Below, one piece after another: positions 51,702-64,000 of a stretch of 64,000 nucleotides of DNA (within the stretch, counting starts at the first letter, position 1; every line of letters begins with the position of its first letter). The notes beneath the pieces were generated by a model. That model had not been told where the DNA came from and ran no database searches. It saw nothing but the letters and a program-made list of their open reading frames with translations. The translations under genes and the position numbers were made by a program. The DNA lies in assembly GCA_964016885.1 (NCBI GenBank), contig OZ024743.1, forward strand, positions 221,898,001 through 221,962,000, given 5' to 3'. The DNA comes from Eledone cirrhosa (Eukaryota).

Positions 51702-53122
51702 ATGTGTGTGTGGTACAACAACTACGTCTCGTCATTCTAAATGTAGATAAGTGTATCTCCGTGGGTTTAGCGAACAACATATAGGCCTTAAAAGACATGA
51801 AATCTCACTGCAATAGTAAGTAGCGCGTGTTTGAGAAACGTAACGCCTACATTAATGGACCCAGTAGATGTAAGCTTTTCACCACTGGAACGGCCTTAAC
51901 TCTGTAAGGACTGAAAACTTCTAACGACTGTCTCAACTCAATGACCGAAATATATACAACTTGCCCTCATTTCCTGAAATACTTTCTTGCAAGTTGCTAA
52001 ACATTCCACAGATACGTAAACGCTAATGTAATTATCTGGCAGAATCATCTTGATACAGTGTGTGATAATGATAGCTCTATGATTTATATGTACAATCGAT
52101 CTGACTGGTTCTATCACATGTCTTGATTTGACCCGTGGCTATGGTAAATGACATTTTGCTGTGAGATCGAACCCGGCGCCTTCTGACTGAGATACAAATG
52201 TCTTAACCATTCGGCTATACAGCGTCCATACATGCATGCATACATACATGCATACATACATGCATACATACATACATACATACATACATACATACATACA
52301 TACATACATACATACATACATGCATGCATACATACATACATGCATGCATACATACATACATACATGCATACATACATATGACGATGATGATGGCTGCAAC
52401 TGGATTTCGAGTAATGCCATCGTTTGATACATAAGCATGAGCATCACGGGCGTGGCTTTTTAGTCATGTTAGGGGCTGGCCTATGGCCAGCAATGCCATG
52501 CATCGCAGAAAATGTCACATATCAAGCGATGCCTGTGCTTGAAGCTTTTTTACGTGAGGAAAGGCTTTGCAAGGGTCCAATCCCACTCTCTGAACATCGA
52601 ATGCATTTATCCAAAAAGAAGAACTGGTCTACATCAAATGAAGTTGTTGGTTTTATATCAGAATGACCTTCTCCTAGAGAGATGTCTTAATGAAGACTAG
52701 GAGTCTCTCGCTCCACATATATACATTCATACATACATACATACATACATACATACATACATACATACATACATACATACATACACATACACACACACAC
52801 ACTCATACATACATACGTACATACATACATACATACATACATACATACATACATACATACATACATACGTACATACATACATACATACATACATACATAC
52901 ATACATACGAGTGTCTGTGTGCGTGCGTGCATGCAAGCATACGTACTAATAATCATATTCATGTATGCAGAGATTCTTACTCATGGTTCAAAGATAATAG
53001 ACGGCGGTAATGCTACAGTGGTGATGGTGGGGGTGGTGGTTATGATAGATGAGATTAGTGTCGGCGATGGTGAATGATGAAATAAACTTTGGTAGTATCT
53101 ATTATCTCCCCCACTCCTCTCT

Positions 53123-53180
<58 letters not shown>

Positions 53181-53457
53181 ATACATATATATATGTATAT
53201 ATATATGTATATATGTATATATAAATATGCATATATATATATATATTATATATATATACATATAAATATATATGTATATATAAATATATATATATTATAT
53301 ACATATATAAATATATATATATTATATACATATATAAATATATACATGTATATATAAATATATATGTATGTATTATATACATATATATATATATGTATAT
53401 AAATATAATATATGTTTATATGCATATATATATATATATGTGTGTGTGTTTATATAC

Positions 53458-53489
<32 letters not shown>

Positions 53490-53501
53490 ATAAATATATA
53501 T

Positions 53502-53630
<129 letters not shown>

Positions 53631-54579
53631 TTGCAGCTATATCTCTCGGCGAGCAACGCTGAAAGCTAATACGTTTGTGTTAACTTCGTTAAATTACGAA
53701 CCGTTAGTTATTGCTTATTTGGCATTTGGAGACTAGAAAGCGGCGTCGAACGCTTCAACTAACATAATGCTACTGGCTTATTATTGTTCCAAAATTATCC
53801 ATCCCGAACCTGTAGATGGTATCCGATTCCGTCACGTTAATTTAGCATGTCGCCGCCAAGGAACTACTTTTTTTTATATATTCCTTTCTTACAATTGTTT
53901 TGATTAGCGAGATACGTCATCAGACATAATGGAAAATAGTTGTATTCATACACTTTAGTAAATAGTAGTCCGTGTATAAAAAATAGTTACGTTGATTAAG
54001 TCATTAAGAGAGACTGATAAATAACAAGGCGAATAATAAATTAGTGTAAGTTGGTCTGAATAAGTGAGGTGCAGGACTTATATTCTACGCCTTTTGGCAC
54101 GAACCCGGCTAAAATTGGCTCTGGTTCTTTGAAAGAAAACCACGTATATTAAAGGGTAAATATTAAAATTAAAATCATCAAACATAGTTTTATACAAAGA
54201 CTATTTGTTAAGTTATTCTCTTAGTAATGAAAGTATTAATAAGTCTAATAAATCCCTCAAAGTTCTACTCAAATTAATTGAAATAGAGAGTTTCCTTAGG
54301 AATATGGTCAGAGAGAGTTGTATATAAATCGTCTTTCTTGTTGGTCGTTTTCACATTTCCTCATTCCAGTGATCTTTGAGAAAAATACAAAAGCTCACTC
54401 TAAGCCATGTATCTTTTGTTCACCACTTAAAATATTGATCTATAAGTCTAGCAAATGGCTTTATTTGTAGGGCAAAGATACTATAGTAGAACTTCATATA
54501 TATATATATATAGGAAAATGTTTAACCCCGACGGCAGAGCTCAAGCCGTTTCGGCGCCTATTTCTGGACTATGTATATG

Positions 54580-54641
<62 letters not shown>

Positions 54642-54649
<8 letters not shown>

Positions 54650-55015
54650 TAACAGATTAAAGTTTAAGCAAAGAATCGCTGCTTTCACCCTTAACGGGAT
54701 CTTCTGAAACTAACAAAGTCAATCTGTAAACGCAGAAGTGGATATTTTAAAAAACGTTGCAACCGGAAGGGTAGCAATGCTGGGTTACACGGGGGGTTAT
54801 TATAGGTTTTAAATCCAAATTTATCCTGTTTGTTGTCTGCTTTTCGCGGATTATCGAAATAAAAGGCCCGCCAACGCAACCTTTTAATGAACGCGTCTGT
54901 TTTCTGTATCAGGAGTTTTAGGTATGTTTTCCTGCTTGGTACGGGTATGTTCTTTGTAGAAATATTCAGGTGTTGTTTCTGCATGATGAATATAAGTCAG
55001 TAGAGTGCTCAACCG
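54642..55015 (-). mobile_element. Internally deleted Naiad-type PLE: ORF N-terminus joined directly to 3' tail
   Basis: ISTKNIPVPSRKTYLKLLIQKTDAFIKRLRWRAFYF..KFGFKT..PP (54691-54984) runs into the tail seen at 47335-47460. Confidence 0.7.
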
Positions 55016-55016
55016 A

Positions 55017-55077
<61 letters not shown>

Positions 55078-55504
55078 TACATATACATATATATAATCCA
55101 AAATAGGCGGACGCACATGACAAAGACAATGGAAAAAACAACGGGAAAATGGATAGTACATTCTGTCTACCTCTGGAAATCAATAAAGTTTCAACGATTT
55201 CAGGGTTGATACTATTTATTCCAATGCACATTGGAATAAAACAGGGAGACTCAGGGCGAGCTGTGCCTTTCAGCGAATTATACTAATAAAGCTACAAACC
55301 AAAGTCCATCAACTGAAAAGGAGGAGAGAGATAGAAACGGTGCATGGTAGCTTACCAAAGGGATTTGAACTCAGAATGTAAAGGATGAAACTATATGCCG
55401 CACAGCATGTTGTCCGACGCTCTACCGATACTGCCAATCCACCATATAATAAACTCGTTTACTTAATGTTCTACTGCATATTGTTTTAATATATTTTTAA
55501 AACA

Positions 55505-55538
<34 letters not shown>

Positions 55539-55584
55539 ATATGTGTATTATGTATGTGTGTGTGTTTGTGTGTGTTTGTGTGTA

Positions 55585-55627
<43 letters not shown>

Positions 55628-56168
55628 CTCTAGTTAATATGAAGCTGCGTGGAAATGAAAGAAAAGATTAAAGTGTTAAAAGAAGAGAGAGAGAGAGAGG
55701 GGGATGGAGAGAAACAGAGAGATAATAAATGATAGAGTAACAGTATGAAGCCAACATGTACAAAATACATATCGTATCTAAAGTCAGTCTACATTTCACA
55801 AATTAGTTATTGATTGAATGTCTGTGAGACGTAACACATAGAGAAACATGTTATAGTTACATAACACCACAGTAATAGTTTGGTTTAAACTGAAAAAAAA
55901 TGGAAACATCTGTAAACAAAATACACGCCAGTGGATTGGCTGTGATGTTTGGCTGGTTGTTTGTTTTTGCTGTTGCTGTTATTTGTGGTGTTGTTGCTGT
56001 TGTTGTTGGTGGTGGTGAAGGTGAGATGATTTTGTTGGTGTTGGTGGTGGTGGTGGTGGTGGTTTTGGAGGAGATGGTTTTGTTGGTGGTTATGTTAGAA
56101 GTGGTGGCGGAAAAAGTATCTCCTTATTATATATATGGCATATAACATTCGATTAAATATATTGGTTT

Positions 56169-56205
<37 letters not shown>

Positions 56206-56365
56206 TTATTGGAGGAGGGTCATATTGTTATAATATTGCCAGAAATAAACAATAATAAAACACACTCACTGTTTGGTTTGGTCTGGATTGGTTTTCACAT
56301 CTGTATTTTTTATATTTTCTGTTATATATATATATACATGTGCGCTTGTGTGTGTATATATATAA

Positions 56366-57042
<677 letters not shown>

Positions 57043-57074
57043 ATATATATATAAATATAAATAGCTATCGTTGC

Positions 57075-57095
57075 CATTATTGTTGATGATGATGG

Positions 57096-57148
<53 letters not shown>

Positions 57149-57486
57149 AATGTTGATAGTGGTAACAGTGTTAGTAGTGCTGGTAGTGGTATTGGTGTTG
57201 TTGCTGATGGTAGTGGTCAAGGTGGAGGAGGTGGAGGTTGCAGTGTTGTTATTGATGGAATTACTGTTGTCGTTGTTAGTGGTGCTAGCCCTGGTTGTAG
57301 TGATGGTCGTTGTGGTGCTGGTGGTGTCTTTGATGTAGTTGATGATGATGTTGATGATTGTTGTAGTTATGTTTAATAATGATGATGATGATGATGACGA
57401 TAAATTAGTAATGGCGGTGTTAGATGATAATTTGACGCTGATCATGATGACGATGATAATATTGGTGGTGATGTTTATGATGATAT

Positions 57487-57543
<57 letters not shown>

Positions 57544-57584
57544 CGACGATGATAATAGTGGTGGTGATGATAATGATGACGATA

Positions 57585-57641
<57 letters not shown>

Positions 57642-57676
57642 GACGCCGATCATGATGACGATGATAATAGTAGTCG

Positions 57677-57718
<42 letters not shown>

Positions 57719-57763
57719 CGACGATGATGATGATGATGATGATGATGTTGATGATGATGATGT

Positions 57764-57817
<54 letters not shown>

Positions 57818-57836
57818 CGACGACGACGACGACGAC

Positions 57837-57885
<49 letters not shown>

Positions 57886-57886
57886 T

Positions 57887-57923
<37 letters not shown>

Positions 57924-57950
57924 CATCATCATCATCATCATCATCACAAT
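57075..57950. repeat. (GTT)n/(GAT)n trinucleotide tract flipping to (CAT)n at ~57922
   Basis: Direct inspection. Confidence 0.95.
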
Positions 57951-58142
57951 CATGAATAAAGAAAACATTAAGAGCTGAGATGGTGACGCCAGGAGCGCCC
58001 TCGACCACACCTGTTTGATCAAGCCTGATATACGTATGACCGAACAACAAAACAATATCCATAAAAACAACACCAATAACAACCATACTACAACTATAAA
58101 AAATGTGCCATACGACCAATAAGCAACAATAACATAAATAAT

Positions 58143-58490
58143 GATTTCTAGTATAGGCACCACAAGGCCAGTAATTTGGGGGGAGGGGAAAGTCGATTAA
58201 ATCGACAGGATTTGAACTCAAAGCGTAAAGGACAGTAACTCTATGCTGCAAAGCATGGCGTCCGACTCTCTACCGATACTGCCAAATCAGCAATAACATA
58301 AATAATTGTTTCTACTTTTGGCACAAGGCCAGCAATTACTCAGTAGATTACTGGTACTTTATTTTATCGACCCCATAAGGATGAAAGGCAAAGTTAACCT
58401 CGGCGGGATTTGAACTCAGAATGGCAAGGGCCGTAACTCTATACGTCAAAGCATGGCGTCCGACCCTCTACCGATACTGCCAATACACCT
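58143..58490 (-). mobile_element. Two tandem family-S SINEs; the first has a 16-bp TSD caataacataaataat
   Basis: TSD at 58127-58142 and 58291-58306. Confidence 0.85.
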
Positions 58491-58924
58491 ATAAATAATG
58501 ATATTTGTTTATTGAAAAAAACCAACAAAGATTTAATATAATAGGTCTGTTTGGGAACAGGTTTTGAATTGACCAATAGAAAAGTAGTAAGTGGTCAAGT
58601 TGATAGAATAGTAGTAGTAGGTAGAGGAATGCAGACTTAAGTTTTGAATGGAAAGAATACTTTGAATGAAGGAGAATAAAATGTTAGGGTAAATGTGTTA
58701 GTGAGAAATACCAATCTTATTTAAAACACAAGGAATTTAGATCTATAACAAATTAATTTAATTGATAGGTATACTTATAGGGATAAATTTATATTTATTC
58801 ATATAGATGTGATAAATAAGAGTTAGATGTTATTAAAGAATGTTGTTAAAAACGAAGGAAAAAATATTTTGGGGATAAATGTATTAGTGAGAAATAATAC
58901 ATTTACCCCCAAAATTTGTTTGAT

Positions 58925-59829
<905 letters not shown>

Positions 59830-59861
59830 AAAAGTAAATTGAAATATATTAGTCTAACGCT

Positions 59862-59915
<54 letters not shown>

Positions 59916-60031
59916 GAGTACTTCATTCAGAACTGCTGGACTGGCCACCTGACAGATACCTCAGGCACAGAAAGTGATTATCGCTAAATGCTGATGTTGG
60001 TTAGATTATCAATATTAGTATTATTGGGGCA

Positions 60032-60158
60032 CCCACTGATGAATTATAGGAGCCCACTTGAATATATATCTATTGATGGTATACAAGCTCCTACATAAAT
60101 TGGTATAATTTCACCCAAATTGTAGGAATCCTATAATGAAACGAGACGTCCGTCTGGG
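60032..60158 (+). ncRNA. Type I hammerhead with a ~77-nt structured insert in stem II, within a ~420-bp (TA)n-flanked element (~59912-60330)
   Basis: ccca-CTGATGA-attatagga[insert]tcctataat-GAAA-cg agacgtc cg-TC-tggg. Confidence 0.75.
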
Positions 60159-60329
60159 AAGAGATATATTAGATATGTCTCATTTGAAATAATACAGCCA
60201 ATTTTCCACGCAATACTTTTAGTTAGCACCCCGAACGCATAATTAGGAATATAATCACTTATTTCCTAATGTTTGTTGAGTGAGTTGGAATTTGGCCGGA
60301 GTATCGCTAAAAAGCTTTCTCCGATATTG

Positions 60330-60421
<92 letters not shown>

Positions 60422-60944
60422 TATTATTTCTGATTGTTAATAATCCGAGAGAGGCATATTGAAAATAAATTAAAAGATCTCCCTTGGGGGAGGACGCTGT
60501 AATCAAGAATACGTTTTGACTATTACTTGGGGGATTAGACTTGATTTGTAGATTTTAAAGAACCGTTTTGTGTACACTTAACTCTTTTGATACCAAACCA
60601 CCTGAAACCGATCTTGGTTCTATGATTTTAAAACGTTTGTCTTTATTTAAAGACCTTTCATCATAATTTCATATAAAGAAATTTTGTTAAGTTATACTAA
60701 CATCAACTAAATAACGAGACGGTGAGTTGTTTTAATAAATCCCCCAACAATCCTTGATTATTTCGAACATAATTTGAAAATCATAGCCAATGTTTTACTT
60801 TAGAAATATAGTAACAAAACTAAGTGAACTCAATATAAATGATTTGCTTTCGAAACTAGCATAATGATGCAAACCCTCAAGTTTAATTTATTTCGTTAAT
60901 ATAATATACTCTGTGTGTCTGTGTGTGTGTGTTCATATAATATA

Positions 60945-61118
60945 ATTGCTTCTACTTTTGGCACAAAGACAGCAATTACCTAGTGCATTACTTTATCGAC
61001 CCCGTAAGGATGAAAGGCAAAGTTAACCTCGGCGGGATTTGAACTCAGAATGGCAAGGGCCGTAACTCTATGCGTCAAAGCATGGTGTCCGACCCTCTAC
61101 TGATACTGCCAATCCGCC
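60945..61118 (-). mobile_element. Family-S SINE flanked by tataatataat
   Basis: Core/tail motifs; short duplicated flank. Confidence 0.8.
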
Positions 61119-61149
61119 TATATAATATAATATAATGTAATATAAAAGT

Positions 61150-62510
61150 TATTTGACTAAACGGCTGTTGCAAAATAGGGAGAATTTATGTACTAGAGTG
61201 GTGTGTAGTGTATTCCTGCTGGGGTTAAATGGTAGGGTATCTTGTAGTGTTATGGTTTCTAAATGGAGGAGAGATGATAGCATAACCTTTTCATTACGGG
61301 TGTTGAGGAGATGGCGCAGCTAGGGTAGCAGGAAGAAGAAAAGGACGAGATTGTGTTGCAGTATGCAAGAAAATGGAGGAATTCGATAGACTGTATGCTT
61401 TTGAAGAAAGAATATTTTATTGGGGCTTTGTTTTATGTACGAGCCGAGAGATTTGTTGAGATTTTGTGAGATCAACTTGACTAAGTTTGGTGTTTTCATA
61501 GACCATTTTTACAACTGCTTTATTAAGGAAACCTGAGATGAGGCCAGAAAGATTAAGGGGGAATATATTAGGATAGCTGTCGTTAGTAAATCCCTAGACA
61601 GTGCCTCCCTGAAGTAGTTAGGGATGATAGATTTGGGGCTGGTTATTACTATCAGTAAAATATAGAAAGTAGATTATTTAACTATAATTAGTTAGATATT
61701 AAAGAAAATCCTTTAACGGTCGTGGATTGTTGATATTCTAGGTTTGCGGATGGTTTAAATGTTATTAGGAACGAGAATTTCAGATGGTTGATGACGAAGG
61801 ATACTAGATATAAGGAGTCTGTTAGGATGAGGGAGTCTTTATGATAATTCTAAATTCAATCAGTGATATCATTGATAAAATTAGTAATAAATATGGTACT
61901 GCTAAGGAGGCTTTTGAGGGCTGAAAGGAAAGGTTCGGTAACATGGTTAAGTGTGGCATAAAGAGATTCGATTAGACTGGTGGTGAAGCGTGGGTTGTTA
62001 ATAAACCTGAGATTGAATGGTGCTTAATTAGATTCTGTGGTAAGTACATTAGAATAGCAACGGTTAGGGCTGCGAGTAATGTTTCGTGATAATTTGTAAA
62101 CGATACAATTTGATGGTTTTGGTTAGGGGGTTAGGGTTAGGGTTAGGGTTAGGGTTTTGGTTAGGGGGTTAGGAAGTGGTAGGGATTATAGCTTTAGTGG
62201 TGATGGTACTTATAGGTTAGTATCGAAGGAAATCAGTTCAGTGGTTACGAGGCTTATGCTTGAAGTGGAGGGTTTGAGTAGTTGTAGGGTGGAAGAGGAG
62301 AATAGGTGTATTGCATAAGGTACAGTATAAGAGTAGATTTTTAACAGGGAACGGAAGTAGCACGAAAGGGGAGGGTTATTAAGTCTTGGTTATTAAGGCT
62401 TTACATGTGATTAAAGAGGCCTTTGTTAAGTATTGTGATGGGATATATAACAATATTGGTATGGATATAAGTGGAAGTAAGGAATCGGGAGCTGACATTT
62501 TAGTTAAAGA
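61150..62510 (-). other. Possible very old retroelement remnant (strand-skewed, no ORF)
   Basis: C/A-rich minus strand like retroelement sense strands here; only faint RT-like pieces. Confidence 0.2.
62121..62173 (+). repeat. Short interstitial telomere-like (TTAGGG)n tract
   Basis: Four perfect TTAGGG plus degenerate flanks. Confidence 0.7.
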
Positions 62511-62618
62511 GAGGCATGGATAGATATGAAAGAGGGGAAGAGAGAAAGAGACTTAGAATTATCTTCACTGAAAGTTTAAAAGCCAACACACACACACGCA
62601 CACACACACACTCACACA

Positions 62619-62703
<85 letters not shown>

Positions 62704-62854
62704 GCGCAGACACACACATACACACACGTAAAATGAGTTAATACCTGTATGTATATCTTTTCAATTCCAATTACTTGCGCCAAGCCGGGTTTGCTGAGTA
62801 TTCTAATTTTTTGTTTATGAGCCATCACCCACCCACCCCCTGTCTAAATCCGGC

Positions 62855-62958
<104 letters not shown>

Positions 62959-63321
62959 TGGTGTGTGTGTGTACACCAATACAGAATCCTTCTCAGATGT
63001 TAGCTATACTTTCAGTATGTGTCACACTATATATATAACTAACATACACACTGTTATTTAAGCCATATATACCCACTAACAGTCTAGTCATCAAACATAT
63101 ATTTACTTCGTGTGTAGTCATAATATATATGTTGTCGAACATTGTGAATAAAGTTATAATTTATATACACTTTGACAAGCTAATCATCATCTCTATCCAC
63201 TATCTCTGATGAATCATAGTCTCTATATACATTGTCGATGTAAATATTATCTGCATACTCATTGTCAATTTGAACACGCAGTAACATTTTTTTATTAAGT
63301 CTACTAACATAATATGAAGTG

Positions 63322-64000
63322 TGTGTATCTGGTGTACAATAGGTACATCATATCTTTAACATAGTTGTGTATCTGGTGTACAATAGGTACATCATATCTT
63401 TAACATAGTTGTGTATCTGGTGTACAATAGGTACATCATAACTTTAACATAGTTGTGTATCTGGTGTACAATAGGTACATCATATATTTAACGTAGTTGT
63501 GTATATGGTGTACAATAGATACATCATATCTTTAACATAGTTGTGTATCTGGTGTACAATAGGTACATCATATCTTTAACATAACTGTGTATCTGGTGTA
63601 CAATAGGTACATCATATCTTTAACATAGTTGTGTATCTGGTGTACAATAGGTACATCATATCTTTAACATAGATGTGTATCTGGTGTACAATAGGTACAT
63701 CATATCTTTAACATAGTTGTGTATCTGGTGTACAATAGGTACATCATATCTTTAACATAACTGTGTATCTGGTGTACAATAGGTACATCATATATTTAAC
63801 ATAACTGTGTATCTGGTGTACAATAGGTACATCATATCTTTAACATAGTTGTGTATCTGGTGTACAATAGGTACATCATATCTTTAACATAGTTGTGTAT
63901 CTGGTGTACAATAGGTACATCATATATTTAACATAGTTGTGTATATGGTGTACAATAGGTACATCATATCTTTAACATAGTTGTGTATCTGGTGTACAAT
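63322..64000. repeat. 44-bp tandem satellite (gtgtatctggtgtacaataggtacatcatatctttaacatagtt), >15 copies, runs off the window
   Basis: Period 44 (63367, 63411, ...). Confidence 0.95.

Noticed and set aside
55185-55262. Degenerate hammerhead around the ttattccaatg/cattggaataa hairpin
   Set aside because: Core does not match and stems I/III could not be built

Overview
Gene-free, AT- and microsatellite-rich animal DNA. The SINE/repeat repertoire suggests an octopus or other cephalopod (inference). No host gene is supported. The window is almost entirely mobile DNA: a two-lesion hAT transposase element, an L1/Tx1-type LINE plus a 3' fragment, a decayed Helitron and a non-autonomous partner, four different GIY-YIG Penelope-like elements (PLEs), about 20 copies of one tRNA-derived SINE, a 6-bp-TSD MITE, and 29-bp, 44-bp and G-rich tandem repeats. 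The most striking signal is invisible to the ORF track: a dense set of type I hammerhead ribozymes (HHRs) read by eye. They sit in PLE pseudo-LTRs and in several non-coding retrozyme-like families, including an apparently identical 310-bp tandem array (19713-21694) with six HHRs arranged tail-out. Several insertion 5' ends fall at the predicted ribozyme cleavage site, and one retrozyme is fused to a PLE 3' end. This points to an HHR-processed, PLE-mobilised, (TA)n-targeting non-coding retroelement system. All folds and coordinates are manual and need Infernal/folding confirmation.
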